Below, in pieces: positions 41,184-52,207 of a DNA stretch of 64,000 nt. The notes below the pieces were generated by a model, which saw only the letters and a list, made by a program, of their open reading frames with translations, did not search any database and was not told the origin of the DNA. Origin of the DNA: an uncultured Acidobacteriota bacterium (GTDB lineage Bacteria; Acidobacteriota; Thermoanaerobaculia; Multivoradales; SZUA-115); the NCBI GenBank assembly GCA_963805975.1, contig CAWDVR010000005.1:256001-320000 (forward strand), read 5' to 3'. The translations under genes were made by a program, and so were the position numbers. The stretch's first letter is position 1; each line of letters starts with the position of its first letter.

Positions 41184-43628
41184 TTACCAGCTGTACTCGA
41201 CGAACCCGAGGGCGCGGCGGCTCAGGAGGTCACCGCCGAAAGCCTCCCAGTGCTCGTTGTCGGTGACGTTCGAGATGATGGCGCCCACCTTCCAGCTCGG
41301 GTTGATCTTGAAGTTCCCGCCCACGTCCATCGAGTAGTAGTCCTTGACGTCGCCCTGGAAGGGGCCGACCACCCAGCGGAACTCGTCCACCCAGCGGAAG
41401 CTCGTCGAAAAGTCGAAGCGGTCGGCCACGTAGGAGACGCCGGCGCTCAGCTTGTGCTCGGGCGAGTTGGGCAGGAGGATGGTCTCGAAGGTACCCGCGT
41501 CCTTGATGTCGAAGTCGAACCACGAGTAGGAGAAGTTGTAGCGCCAGCCGGCGTCGCCCATCACCTGCAGGCCGAGGTCGATGCCCTGGGTGTCGACGTC
41601 ACCGAAGTTGGTGTAGGAGCGCACGGCGAGGATCGGCGTGCCGTCGAGGTTGTTCGACAGGAAGGCGAACTGCGGCCCGAGCGCCCCTTGCAGCCTGCTG
41701 AGCAGCAGGGCGGCGAGCGGCGCCGGCAGGCCGGCAGGCGGCTGGTAGGCGCCGAAGGTGGGATTGATGCGGCCGAGCGAGGTGCCGACCGTGGGCAGCA
41801 GATCGGTGATGAAGTTCTTGTTCTCGCTGTTGTAGTAGTCCACGGTCAGGAAGGTGCGGCCGCCGAGGATGCCGGTGTAGCCCAGCTCGAAGGTCTTGGT
41901 CTCCTCGACGTCCAGGTCCGCGTTGCCGAGGGCGAGCACGCGTGTCGGGCCCGGGCCGAAGCCGCAGGAGACGCCCCCCGCGGCGCAGATCGCCTCGAAC
42001 GGCGAGAGATTGGCCGGCGCCGCGGCGTTGGCCTGGAGATAGAGCTCGGAGTAGTTCGCCACCTGGAAGGCTTCGTTGTAGGTGAAGCGCAGGCTGTGGT
42101 TGGGGCGGAAGCCCCATACCAGCGAGGCCTTGGGCGAGACCTGCGAGTCGTGGAGAGAGCTGTCGTCGAAGCGGCCGGCGACCACCAGCTTGAGGTTGTC
42201 GGTCAGGTCGTAGTCCAGCTGCGCGAAGACCGCCGTGAAGTCGGCGTCGATGGGCTCGAAGACCAGGGTCTGGCGGCCCTGCGGGTCCGCGGAGTCGATC
42301 GAGTCCTCGCTGTAGGAGACGCCGGCCACCAGGCGGCTCCGGCCGTCGAACAGCTCCCAGTTGGTCTGCGCCTCGAGAGCGTAGTTCTCTTCGTCGAGGT
42401 AGAGCTTGGTGTTCGAAGCCAGGGCGCGCTGGTCCTCGGCCTCGCGGCCGTTGTAGTAGGCGAGGAAGTTCCAGTGCAGGTTGTTGTAGTTGGCGCGGGC
42501 CCAGGGGCGGGTGGCCTCCGTCACCTGGACGCGGCCGATGCCGGTCTGGAAGAGGGGGCCCGAAATGTCCGCATAGCCGCCCTCGAGGGTCAGCACGGTC
42601 GACTCGCCGAGGTACTTGTCGAAGCGCAGGCCGCCGAACTTGACCTCGTTGTCGTTCCGGATCACCAGCGGGGAGAGCTCCTGCGGCAGGCAGTCGGTGG
42701 CGGCGCCCTGCGGGTTGGGGCAGCGCACGCTGTACTCGGCGGCGCCGGCACGCGACTTCGCGAAGTCGCCGCTCGCGTGGTAGCCGCCGGTCACTTTCAT
42801 GTACCAGTCGCCGCCCAGCTCGGTGGCGTAGCGGACGTCGGCGTTGGTGGTCGAGAGCTCGCCTGCCGTCAAGCGCACGGCACCGCCCTGGCTGTCGCGC
42901 GGTGCGCGGGTGGTCAGGTTGAGCACGCCCGAGGAGGCGTTGGCGCCGTAGAGCGCGGCCGACGGCCCGCGCACCAGCTCGAGGCGCTCCAGGTCGTCGA
43001 GCGGGAAGGAGATCGCCGCCCACTCCTGCGAGCCGAGGAAGGGCACCGAGGGCTCGCGGCCGTCGATCAGGGTGGCCACGCGGCGGTTGAGCGAGCTGTT
43101 GAAGCCGCGGGTGTTCAAGTTGTAGTCGTACATGCCGCTCGCCGTGATCTCGACGCCGGGGGTGAACTCGAGGAGCTTGGGCACCAGCCCGTGCGCCGCT
43201 TCGCGCGAGATCTCCTCGTTGCCGAGCACGGTCACCGCGGCCGGCGCCTCGGTGATCTTCTCCGCACGCCGCGAGGCCGAGACCACGGTGATGGTCTCGA
43301 GGAAGGTCAGGTTCCAGTCCACGGCACGGTCGGCAGTGGCGCGGCCGCCGGCTTCGACGGCGACGCCCTCCTGCGCCTCGCGGAACTCGCCCAGCGAGAA
43401 GACGACCTCGTAGCTGCCGGCCGGCACGCCGGAGATCTCGTAGCGCCCGCCGGCGTCGGTGGTGGTCGCCTTGCCGAGGGTGGGGACCTCGACCAGCACG
43501 TCGGCAAGGCCGGCGCCATCTTTGGCCGTGACGCGGCCGGAGATGGTGCCGCTGTCCTGGGCGAAGGCCGGCACGACGCCGGCGAGCAGGCCGGCGACGA
43601 GGACGATGAGCAGGGTTCTCGCTTTCAT
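41184..43628 (-). CDS. TonB-dependent receptor with N-terminal carboxypeptidase-regulatory-like domain
   Basis: Signal peptide, ETITVVSASRRAE, ELVRGPSAALYGANA, terminal aromatic residue (YSW). Confidence 0.93.
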   Translation of the reverse strand: MKARTLLIVLVAGLLAGVVPAFAQDSGTISGRVTAKDGAGLADVLVEVPTLGKATTTDAGGRYEISGVPAGSYEVVFSLGEFREAQEGVAVEAGGRATADRAVDWNLTFLETITVVSASRRAEKITEAPAAVTVLGNEEISREAAHGLVPKLLEFTPGVEITASGMYDYNLNTRGFNSSLNRRVATLIDGREPSVPFLGSQEWAAISFPLDDLERLELVRGPSAALYGANASSGVLNLTTRAPRDSQGGAVRLTAGELSTTNADVRYATELGGDWYMKVTGGYHASGDFAKSRAGAAEYSVRCPNPQGAATDCLPQELSPLVIRNDNEVKFGGLRFDKYLGESTVLTLEGGYADISGPLFQTGIGRVQVTEATRPWARANYNNLHWNFLAYYNGREAEDQRALASNTKLYLDEENYALEAQTNWELFDGRSRLVAGVSYSEDSIDSADPQGRQTLVFEPIDADFTAVFAQLDYDLTDNLKLVVAGRFDDSSLHDSQVSPKASLVWGFRPNHSLRFTYNEAFQVANYSELYLQANAAAPANLSPFEAICAAGGVSCGFGPGPTRVLALGNADLDVEETKTFELGYTGILGGRTFLTVDYYNSENKNFITDLLPTVGTSLGRINPTFGAYQPPAGLPAPLAALLLSRLQGALGPQFAFLSNNLDGTPILAVRSYTNFGDVDTQGIDLGLQVMGDAGWRYNFSYSWFDFDIKDAGTFETILLPNSPEHKLSAGVSYVADRFDFSTSFRWVDEFRWVVGPFQGDVKDYYSMDVGGNFKINPSWKVGAIISNVTDNEHWEAFGGDLLSRRALGFVEYSW

Positions 43629-43963
43629 GACGTCTCCTTGACTCGCTTTCTGCAGAGGTTCGCGGCCTCCCCGAGGGAGCCACGCGATCGGCGCGGCCGA
43701 ATGCGGCTTCAGCCGGGCTGTCAGTTTTTCTTCCAGATACGGGGCTGTAACTTCTTTGTTACCGGGATTCTTGCCTCCGGCCCAGTTCGAGTCAAGGGCG
43801 ATGGGAGAAAAGGACGCGGTTGCGAGTGGGTGTCCTCTCCCGGAGACGAGAGCCACTCTCGAGCCGCTTATTTCCGTGGCATCGAGCTTGCTCAGGCGTG
43901 CTCCCGTCGATGGTCTCAACCAGCGCGGACGCCGGGGTGCCGTGCTCTCGAGGTGAGGTGCCT

Positions 43964-46201
43964 ATGAACCGTCGCGGAGCCCTCGGTGCGGTCGCCGCTC
44001 TGCTTCTTCTCTTCCCGCCGGCGCTCCTCGGCGAGCCTCCCTCGCGGGGTGAGTTCGGCGAGCAGCTCACCGTCAGCGTCGTACAGGTGCCGGTCCAGGT
44101 ATTCCGCGACGGCGAGCCGGTGGCCGGCCTGACCGAGGAGGACTTCGAGGTCTACGACGAGGGCACGCGGCGCGAGCTCTCCTCCTTCGAGGTGGTAGAC
44201 CTCACGGTGTCGAACGTGGAGCGGCCCGCCGCCGTCACCCCCTCCACCACCAGCGGGCGTAACCTCCTGGTGCTCTTCGATTTCGCCTACACCCCGCCCC
44301 CCCAGCTCGTGCGGTCAGCGCGGCACCTCGAGCGCATGGTCGAGGGGCAGCTCCATCCTGCCGACCGGGTGGCGCTCGCCGTGTACTCGCACGGCAGGGG
44401 CGCCCAGCTCCTCCTGGGATTCACCTCCAACCGCGCCGAGATCCTGGCCGGGCTGGAGCTCCTGGCCCGCATGGTCGCCGGCAGGTCTGGTGAGGTGAAG
44501 GTACCGCCGGCGCTCGCCAAGGCCCTCGAGAGGCGTCCCGTGGCCGGTGATCCTACCGCGGAGCTCGCGCGCCTCTCTTCCCGGCTCGGCCCCGCGGCGG
44601 CTCTCGCCCTGAGCAGCAAGGCACCTGAGTCGAAGCCTCTCTTTACCGGCGTGACACTCTGGGGGCTGCCGACTTTGGGCATGTCGGCGGTGGGTGAGGA
44701 CGGAGAGGAGGCCGCCCGGCCGCCGGGGCCGGTGAGCTCCGTGAGCTTCACCAGCGCCACCGCGCTCGGCGGGAGCTTCGAAGACCAGGCCGAGAGGCGT
44801 AGCGCCCTGACCCTCGCACGGCGGATGGCCGAGTCGCTGGCCGAGCTCGCCACGCTGCTGCGCAGCGTGGGCGGCCAGAAACACATGCTCTACCTTTCGC
44901 GCGGTTTCTCCTCCCAACTTCTCGAAGAGCAGGTGACCGGCCAGTTCTCGAGCGGTCTGTTCGAAGCCTTCCGCCGTACCGGCTGGCAGATCCAGGCCCT
45001 GGACCCCGGTGGCGTGCCCGATCCCTTCGGCGGCGGCCTGCACGAGCTCGGGAGCCCGGAGCCCGGCCCCTCGTCCACGGTGGGCTTCCGCTCCGACTCC
45101 CTTCTCTACCTGGCGCAGGGCACGGGAGGCGAGGTCTACGAGAACTTCAACGACCTGGGGCTGGCCACCGAGCGGGTGCTCGACAAGACCCGTCTCACCT
45201 ACGTGCTCTCCTTCTCTGTGGCGGACCTGCCCGCCGACGGCAAGTATCGCAAGCTCGAGGTGCGGCTCAGAGACGGCCTGCGCGGCACCAAGCTCGTGTA
45301 CCGCGAGGGCTACTACGCGGGCAAGCCCGAGCGCGACAAGAACGAGCTCGAGCGCCAGCTCGACTCGGCCGAGCGCCTCCTGGGCGCGGAGGAGGGCGGT
45401 ACTCTCGAGGTCACCGCGGCGGCCTTTCCCCTGCGGCCCGCCGGTGCCCAGGCGCCGGTGCCCTTCTTCGTCGAAGTGACGGGCTCGAGCCTCGGTGCCA
45501 TCTCGGCTGCCGAGCGCCGCACGATCCGCGTGCGCGCCTACGCGCTCGCCGGCGTCGAAGCCCTCTCCGGCGGCACGCTCTCCGGAGCGCTCTCCCACGA
45601 GATGGGGGTCGATCTCCAACAGGCGGAGCCCGCGCTCTCCTCCCACGGCCTGCGTTTCTACGGCGCGGTGGTGGCGCCACCCGGCGAGCTGCGACTGCGG
45701 CTGTCTGTCGAGGACGTCGAAGGCGGGCGCTCGTGGCTGGGAACGATCCCGCTCCGCGTGCCCGACGCCGGGGAGGAGACCTACCTCGCGCCACCTTTCT
45801 TCCTCGACCTCGAGGGCGGCTGGTTCGTGACCCGCTACGACGCCGGCTCGGCCTCCGTGCTCTATCCCTTCAAGGTGGGCGAGCGCGACGTGGTGCCGTC
45901 CGTCCACCCCCGCCTGGTGCCTGGACAGAAGCGCGCCGTGCTCCTGCTCCTGCAGGGCGACGTGCAAGACGACCTGGGCGTCTCCGCGCGTGTCCTCAGC
46001 GCGGAGGGCACCCCCGTTCAGGGCGGAGCTTTCGAGGTGCTGACCCGCGAAGCCCGCGGCGCGGGCGACATCCAGCGCCTCGTCGCCTCGTTCAGCCCCA
46101 CGGGCCTGCCGCCCGGAGAGTACCGGCTGGAAGTGACGCTGGCGGGAAAGGATGGCAAGGCGAAGGCGAAGAGCGAGGCGGGGTTTGCGGTGGGGGAGTG
46201 A
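43964..46201 (+). CDS. Acidobacterial VWA-domain protein
   Basis: VPVQV..DGEPVAGLTEEDFEVYD, LA..TGG.VY..NDL, DGKYRKLEVRL..YREGYYA. Confidence 0.85.
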   Translation: MNRRGALGAVAALLLLFPPALLGEPPSRGEFGEQLTVSVVQVPVQVFRDGEPVAGLTEEDFEVYDEGTRRELSSFEVVDLTVSNVERPAAVTPSTTSGRNLLVLFDFAYTPPPQLVRSARHLERMVEGQLHPADRVALAVYSHGRGAQLLLGFTSNRAEILAGLELLARMVAGRSGEVKVPPALAKALERRPVAGDPTAELARLSSRLGPAAALALSSKAPESKPLFTGVTLWGLPTLGMSAVGEDGEEAARPPGPVSSVSFTSATALGGSFEDQAERRSALTLARRMAESLAELATLLRSVGGQKHMLYLSRGFSSQLLEEQVTGQFSSGLFEAFRRTGWQIQALDPGGVPDPFGGGLHELGSPEPGPSSTVGFRSDSLLYLAQGTGGEVYENFNDLGLATERVLDKTRLTYVLSFSVADLPADGKYRKLEVRLRDGLRGTKLVYREGYYAGKPERDKNELERQLDSAERLLGAEEGGTLEVTAAAFPLRPAGAQAPVPFFVEVTGSSLGAISAAERRTIRVRAYALAGVEALSGGTLSGALSHEMGVDLQQAEPALSSHGLRFYGAVVAPPGELRLRLSVEDVEGGRSWLGTIPLRVPDAGEETYLAPPFFLDLEGGWFVTRYDAGSASVLYPFKVGERDVVPSVHPRLVPGQKRAVLLLLQGDVQDDLGVSARVLSAEGTPVQGGAFEVLTREARGAGDIQRLVASFSPTGLPPGEYRLEVTLAGKDGKAKAKSEAGFAVGE

Positions 46202-46231
46202 GCTCTCCGCTCCTTCCGGTCGTCGCCCCGC

Positions 46232-47113
46232 CTAGTTCGGCGGAGGTGGCTGGTTCTCGTACTTGGGTCCCTTCATCGTAGCGCCCCACCCTTGGAGGTA
46301 CTCGACATCGCCATTGCGGCCCACATCCACCGTCACGCGAACGAGCAGGGGCTCGCCGGATGCCAGCGCCGCGTCGATCTCGTCCGGTGGAACCTCCAGA
46401 CCGATCGAGAAACGGGTCGTCTTCCGCTCCTCGGCGTCGATAGCAGTCTTCTGACCTCGTTTCAGGATCTCTCCCGAGGCTGACAGCTCGATCGTGACTC
46501 GCGCCCACTTGTCGAACGACTCGAGCACGCTGGCCGCGCCGTCGAAATCGAGCTTCACGACCTTCTTGGTCCGATCGACGGTGAGAATCAAGGAAGTGAT
46601 GGACAGAGAATCGCAGGTGAAATGGCGAGTCTTTGGAACTCGCCAGCCAGTGCCCTCCGGAGCGTGAAGCGCCGCATTCGCCTCGAGCTCGAAGCGGATC
46701 GGGCATCCGGCGATCGGTTCCAAGCCCTGATACTTCGCAGCAGGGAAAAAGGCGGAGTCCAGAGAGCCCACGGGGAAGCCCGCCGGTGTGAGCATCAAGA
46801 CGTCGATCTCCGTGCTGGGCACCACCTGATAGACCAGCCCAACCTTGAGCCTGACCGAGCTCTCGACGATCGCGCCTGCGAACTTGGTCCCATCCGCCAG
46901 GAGAAACTCGAAGCCAGACCCAGTCCGCTTGATCTGGAGGATCGCGCCCTTCGGTATCTCGACCTCGCCGGCGGCGGTTCGAATGCGAAACATCTCCGAG
47001 GTCAGCTCGCCGGTGACCTCGGCTCCGGCGACGGTCCGCAGGACGGCAGCATGGGAGGCCGGCGAGCTGGCGACGACGGTTGCCAAGGCAACGAGGATGA
47101 GCACGGCTTTCAT
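46232..47113 (-). CDS. Hypothetical exported protein
   Basis: Signal peptide MKAVLILVALATVVA; GGGAG RBS; less GC-biased coding. Confidence 0.7.
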   Translation of the reverse strand: MKAVLILVALATVVASSPASHAAVLRTVAGAEVTGELTSEMFRIRTAAGEVEIPKGAILQIKRTGSGFEFLLADGTKFAGAIVESSVRLKVGLVYQVVPSTEIDVLMLTPAGFPVGSLDSAFFPAAKYQGLEPIAGCPIRFELEANAALHAPEGTGWRVPKTRHFTCDSLSITSLILTVDRTKKVVKLDFDGAASVLESFDKWARVTIELSASGEILKRGQKTAIDAEERKTTRFSIGLEVPPDEIDAALASGEPLLVRVTVDVGRNGDVEYLQGWGATMKGPKYENQPPPPN

Positions 47114-47353
47114 AGGGGGCTCCCGTGGGATTGCAGCCGTGGGATGTCGCCAAGCCTTCAGCCGCCGCATGCCACCACGGTTGGGAACGCGAGAAGCGGG
47201 AACGAGTGGTGGCTCTTCGAGCCTACTCCCTTTTCGTCTCCGCCGCCCAGTCGAGCAGCCCGCTGGCGAAACGAGCCTGTCTAATCGAAGGTGTCTTCAA
47301 CTGTGGCACCTCTCTTGCGAGCTTCGTGGCGACCAGGAAAGAGGAAAACGGTC

Positions 47354-47791
47354 ATGAGTACCCCGAGACGCCTCGCCACCGCTGTCGTGTGGACCGTGAT
47401 GACAGCGCTGTTCGTGGCTTCCGCGTCGGCAGAATCAAACTTGGCTATCGTCGGTCAGGTGTTCGGCCCGCAGGGTCAGGTCTTGCCGGGAACGCTGGTG
47501 CGGGCGACCGCGCGCGGTTTCTCGGAGAGCATGCTCGCGGACGAGAGCGGGCGTTTTTGGCTCCCGGTGCCCGCGGGGAGACGCTACAAGGTGACCGTCA
47601 GCCTGGAGGGCTTCCAGCCGGTGACCTTCGTCGCCAAGATCCGCGCCAAGGGAAACCTGCGGCCAATGTTTTCCGTGACGCTCGACTACACCCCTTCCTG
47701 CACTATGCCGCAGATCGTGCTCGAGACGCTGTCCGGATCGCCGGACCCGCGCCCGGCACGGTGGCTTGAACCGGAGCTTTCAGTTTTCTGA
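47354..47791 (+). CDS. Small exported carboxypeptidase-regulatory-like domain protein
   Basis: GAGGA RBS; signal peptide; IVGQVFGPQGQVLPG..ADESGRF..YKVTVSLEGF. Confidence 0.75.
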   Translation: MSTPRRLATAVVWTVMTALFVASASAESNLAIVGQVFGPQGQVLPGTLVRATARGFSESMLADESGRFWLPVPAGRRYKVTVSLEGFQPVTFVAKIRAKGNLRPMFSVTLDYTPSCTMPQIVLETLSGSPDPRPARWLEPELSVF

Positions 47792-47931
47792 ACGAGCTCC
47801 GCTCCCGCCACGCAACACGCTGGAAAAACTGAGCATTTATCGCATTTTACGCAGCGATCCACGCTGGCACCGCCATTGCTCTAAGCCGGGTCACGGCATG
47901 GAGACGAATCCGTGCCCGCAACTGGAGGAGG

Positions 47932-50900
47932 ATGGCGATGAGAACCGCAAGATTCTGGCGCGGCTGGATCCCGCGCTTCGCGTTGCTCGCAGTGTGCGCC
48001 CTGCCGCTCGCGGCGCAGCAGGAGTCCGGCAACTTGTACGGCACGGCGAGCGACGGCAGCGGCGCGCCCCTGCCCGGGGTGAGCGTCACCCTGAGCGGCC
48101 TCGGGGCCCCGCAGACCGCGGCCACCGACGTGCGCGGCAACTTTCGCTTCTTGGGATTGGCGCCTGGAGAGTATCAGCTCGAGGCGAAGCTCGAAGGATT
48201 CGTCCCGGTCAACGTCGCCACCGTCACAGTGAGCGTCGGCCGGGATGTGACCTTGCCTCTCCGCCTCGAGCCGCAGGGCGACGATAGCACGGCGCCCAAC
48301 TATGTCGAGACAGTCGTGATCTCCGCCTCGCCGCTGATGGACGAGCGCAAGCTCGTCCTCGGCACGACCATCACGCAGGCCGAGCTCGAGAAGATCCCCA
48401 CCTCCCGCGACCCCTGGGCGCTCCTCCAGCAGGCGCCCGGCGTGCTCAGCGACCGCATCAACGTCGGCGGCAGCGAGAGCGGCCAGCAGTCGAACTTCGT
48501 GAGCCCGGGCACCAACAGCTGCAACTCCACCTGGGCGGTCGATGGCGTGGTGATCACCGACATGTCGGCCATCGGCTCCTCGCCCTCGTACTACAACTTC
48601 GACGCGTTCTCCGAGATGCAGGTCGCGACCGGCGGCTCGGACGTCTCGCTCGCCACCGGCGGCGTCGCCATCAACATGGTGACCAAGCGCGGCACCAACG
48701 AGTGGCGCGGCTCCGGCCGCTACCTGCTGACCGACGAGGACTGGCAGTCCGATCTCGCGCCCGACGCCGGCGACTTCGCCGCTCCTGGCCCCTGGAACCG
48801 CGGCAACGCGCAGGCGCGCTTCAAGCAGGGCAACCGCACGCAGCAGGTCGAGGACTACGGCCTCGAGGCGGGCGGCGCGCTGGTCACCGACCGGATGTGG
48901 CTCTGGGGCTCCTACGGTGTGCAGGACATCGCGGCGCTCACCATCGACGACGTCACCGACCTGACCGAGCTCGAGAGCTCGGCCGCCAAGCTCAACGTGC
49001 AGCTCGCCAAGGGCAACGAGCTGGTCGCCTTCTTCCACAACGGCGAGAAGCTGAAGGAAGGCCGCGACGCCGGCCCGCTGCGCCCACAGCCCACTACCTG
49101 GAACCAGGACGGGCCCACCACCATCTACAAGCTCGAGGACACGCACCTCTTCAACTCGAACTTCTACCTGAACGGCATGGCCTCCTACGTCGAGAGCGGC
49201 TTCGGGCTCACCCCCCAGGCCGGTGGCGTGGGTGATCCCTCGTTCCCCAACGTGGTGCGCGGGCCGGACCGCGTGTGGCAGAACAGCTTCCTGGGCGTCA
49301 GCACCGATCGGCCGCAGACCCAGGCGAAGCTCGAGAGCAGCTACTTCTGGAACACCGACTCGACGAGCCACGAGCTGCGCGTCGGTGTCGGCTACCGCAA
49401 CGCGGAGACCAACTCGGCGTCCAACTGGCCGGGCCGGCAGATCGTGGGCCGCGCGGACCTGGCGCTCGCCCCCGACGTCTACGTCGGCTTCTCGCGCACC
49501 GAGCGCAACGTGTCGGTCGAGAACGAGTACAAGAGCCTCTTCGTGCAGGACACCCTGACCTGGGGCAACCTGACCGCCAACCTGGGGCTGCGCTACGACC
49601 TCCAGACCGGCGAGAACCTGGCATCGACCATCGCCCCGGCGCCGGTCGATGCCGGCGGCGTGCTCACCGGCGGGCGCTACGCCGGCGGCGACGCCGGCTT
49701 CGAGTGGGAGTCGGTCACCCCGCGCCTGGGCCTCACCTACGCCCTGGGCAAGGACCGTCAGTCGCTGGTGCGTCTCTCCTACTCGCGCTTCGCCGACCAG
49801 CTCTCGAGCGCGCAGGCGAGCAACCTCAACCCGTCCAACTCGCAGTACGGCTTCTTCTACTGGTACGACGGCAACCAGGATCTGGAGCTGACCGAGAACG
49901 AGGTCGGCCCGTTCTTCACCTTCGCGGGGGTCGACCCCTCGCGGCCGGGTCTCTTCACCGTCAACGCCAACGACCCGAACCTCGAGGCGCCCATTACGGA
50001 CGAGCTGGTGGCGAGCTTCGAGCACGCCTTCGCTGCGGACCTGGTGGCCGGCTTCTCGCTCACCGGTCGCCGGTACTCCGGCAACGTCGACCTCGAGCGC
50101 CTGGTGATCGACGAGGGTGCCCCGGCCGGTTCCGTGGGTCGCCACGACCGGCGTGAGGACTACGTGCTCTCCCACCGCCTGCGTGGCTCCCTGCCGGATG
50201 GCTCGACGTTCGACGTGCCGCTCTACACTCTCGATCCAGACCTCCGCTACAACGGTGGCGTGCTGCTCGAGAACAGCGACAGCGAGCAGGAGTACCTGGC
50301 GGCCACGCTCTCCTTGCAGAAGCGCCTCTCCGACCGCTGGCTGCTCCGCGGCCACCTGACCTGGAGCGACTGGACCTGGAGCGTGCCCGACAGCGAGAAC
50401 GAGGACCCGACCTCCGTGCTGCCCGGCAACAGCATCGACGGCGGCGCGGTCCTGGTCGGCGGCCTCACCAACTCCGGCCCGAAGGGCGACGTGTTCATCA
50501 ACAGCAACTGGTCCTACGACCTGTCGGCCCTCTACGAGGTGGCGTCGGACAAGGCCTGGGGCTTCAACGTCGCGGCCAACCTGAACGGTCGCGAGGGCTA
50601 CCCCGTGCCGTACAACGTGGCCGTCGATCCGGGCGATCCGATCGGCGCCCGCAACGTGCTCGCGGTGTCGGACGTCGAGAACTTCCGGGTGGACGACATC
50701 CTGATGCTCAATCTCCGGCTCGAGAAGGAGATCACTTTCGGAGACTTCGGGCTCACCCTCTCTCTCGACGGCTTCAACCTGACGAACGAGTCGTTCGCGT
50801 TGCAGCGCGACAGCGCGCTCGCCGCCCAGATGATCGATCTCGAAACCGGAGACGTCACCGCGGTCGGCAGCTCGAGCGGTGACTTCGTGCGCGAGGTCGT

Positions 50901-50946
50901 CAACCCCCGCATCTTCCGCCTCGGCGCCCGGCTGAGCTTCCGCTAG
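47932..50946 (+). CDS. Oar-like TonB-dependent receptor
   Basis: GGAGGAGG RBS; carboxypeptidase-reg domain; IPTSRDPW, INMVTKRGTNEW, NPRIFRLGARLSF end. Confidence 0.92.
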   Translation: MAMRTARFWRGWIPRFALLAVCALPLAAQQESGNLYGTASDGSGAPLPGVSVTLSGLGAPQTAATDVRGNFRFLGLAPGEYQLEAKLEGFVPVNVATVTVSVGRDVTLPLRLEPQGDDSTAPNYVETVVISASPLMDERKLVLGTTITQAELEKIPTSRDPWALLQQAPGVLSDRINVGGSESGQQSNFVSPGTNSCNSTWAVDGVVITDMSAIGSSPSYYNFDAFSEMQVATGGSDVSLATGGVAINMVTKRGTNEWRGSGRYLLTDEDWQSDLAPDAGDFAAPGPWNRGNAQARFKQGNRTQQVEDYGLEAGGALVTDRMWLWGSYGVQDIAALTIDDVTDLTELESSAAKLNVQLAKGNELVAFFHNGEKLKEGRDAGPLRPQPTTWNQDGPTTIYKLEDTHLFNSNFYLNGMASYVESGFGLTPQAGGVGDPSFPNVVRGPDRVWQNSFLGVSTDRPQTQAKLESSYFWNTDSTSHELRVGVGYRNAETNSASNWPGRQIVGRADLALAPDVYVGFSRTERNVSVENEYKSLFVQDTLTWGNLTANLGLRYDLQTGENLASTIAPAPVDAGGVLTGGRYAGGDAGFEWESVTPRLGLTYALGKDRQSLVRLSYSRFADQLSSAQASNLNPSNSQYGFFYWYDGNQDLELTENEVGPFFTFAGVDPSRPGLFTVNANDPNLEAPITDELVASFEHAFAADLVAGFSLTGRRYSGNVDLERLVIDEGAPAGSVGRHDRREDYVLSHRLRGSLPDGSTFDVPLYTLDPDLRYNGGVLLENSDSEQEYLAATLSLQKRLSDRWLLRGHLTWSDWTWSVPDSENEDPTSVLPGNSIDGGAVLVGGLTNSGPKGDVFINSNWSYDLSALYEVASDKAWGFNVAANLNGREGYPVPYNVAVDPGDPIGARNVLAVSDVENFRVDDILMLNLRLEKEITFGDFGLTLSLDGFNLTNESFALQRDSALAAQMIDLETGDVTAVGSSSGDFVREVVNPRIFRLGARLSFR

Positions 50947-50971
50947 AGCCAGGCCCGAAAACCCACCCCCA

Positions 50972-50999
50972 CGACCGCCGGGGAAGCTCCCGGCGGTCG
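50972..50999. terminator. Hairpin between convergent genes (likely terminator)
   Basis: CGACCGCCGGGG-AAGC-TCCCGGCGGTCG; no strong U-tract. Confidence 0.6.
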
Positions 51000-51019
51000 C
51001 CTACCCCTTCTCACCAGAG

Positions 51020-51898
51020 CTAGAGGCCCTCGTAGATCTCCGGGCGGGGGCCGGTGCAGGCGCAGGCCTGGAGGACGACCTGGTCGGTCGCCTTGCCGCA
51101 GGCCTCGACGTGGATGTTGCTGATGGCGTTGCCGATGTCGAAGCCTCCGAGCACGATGGTGACCCGCTTGGTGTCGGTCTGCTCCTTGGCGCGGTCGAGA
51201 ACCTCCGGCGCGATCACCCCGGTGACGAAGAACTGGGCGTCCACCCGCAGCCGGTTGGCCTTCTCGACCTTGTAGTTGCCGAAAGAGTTCTTCTTGAAGA
51301 AGGCGGCCTGGGCATAGGGGGCGAAGAGCAGGACGCCATCCATCCTGTGGGCCGACTGGCGGAGCCGGAACGATCCACTGTCCTTGAACACGACTGGCGC
51401 GGTGCAGTCGGCCGGCACGCTCAGGCTGGTCGGCACGCCCAGATAGGGGTCGCGCGGGTCGATGCCGTCGGGGAACTGCACCTCGGCGTAGCGCTCTGCG
51501 AGCTTGGGCAGCAGGGCCTCCACCTCGGCGGCGATGACCTTGGGGTCCGCACCGCGGCGGCCCTGCATCCAGATCTGCTCGAGCAGGTAGTAGCTGTAGT
51601 CGCGGCCGATCTCGGCGCACAGCGTCTCGTGATAGCGGCAGTCGAAGGGAGCGCTCATCCGTTCGAGGGCCTCACCGCGGTCGTAGTTGTCCTCGCCCAT
51701 GTACTCGTCCATCAGCCGCAGGATCTCGTCGGCCGAGAGGTCGAAGAGGTAGTCGGAAGACGTTCCTCCGTGCGCGGGCATCGTCAGCGCGGCGAGCCCA
51801 ACGAGCAGAGCGAGCGCGCGCAGGCCGCGGCCCAGAGAGGCGAAGCCCAGAGAAATGAAGAAATTGCGGTTGCCGAGGGCAGACGATCCACGGAACAT
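51020..51898 (-). CDS. Hypothetical secreted Cys-containing protein
   Basis: GAGGAG RBS before MFRGSS; signal peptide ending AHG; codon usage consistent with coding. Confidence 0.75.
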   Translation of the reverse strand: MFRGSSALGNRNFFISLGFASLGRGLRALALLVGLAALTMPAHGGTSSDYLFDLSADEILRLMDEYMGEDNYDRGEALERMSAPFDCRYHETLCAEIGRDYSYYLLEQIWMQGRRGADPKVIAAEVEALLPKLAERYAEVQFPDGIDPRDPYLGVPTSLSVPADCTAPVVFKDSGSFRLRQSAHRMDGVLLFAPYAQAAFFKKNSFGNYKVEKANRLRVDAQFFVTGVIAPEVLDRAKEQTDTKRVTIVLGGFDIGNAISNIHVEACGKATDQVVLQACACTGPRPEIYEGL

Positions 51899-52207
51899 GG
51901 TTTTCTCCTCAGAGTCCGGCGCGGCCCTGCCGCGCCGGCGATGGTTGGTCTTCTGTCGTATCGGTTCAGACAGCGGGCGGCGGTGTGCCGCCCATCGAGT
52001 GCATTGTCGCGGCCGAGCAGACCGGGCAGAACTGACCTGCGGCCGGACTTTGTCCTGTCTTTTGGGCCCTGCCCTTCGGCCCCTGTCTTTCGGCGGGGCG
52101 CTGCCTTTTGGTGGGTCTGTCCGCGCCTGCACCCGGCTGGCGGTAACATGCCGCGCTCTGCGTTAGAAGAGAGAAAGGCAGTCCTGTCGGGGCGAGGAGA
52201 GGCGGGT

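Noticed and set aside
51110-52207. N-terminal extension of the kinase ORF (1282 aa call)
   Set aside because: It is the antisense of the 51020..51898 gene; the kinase-family N-terminus and RBS begin near 52208.
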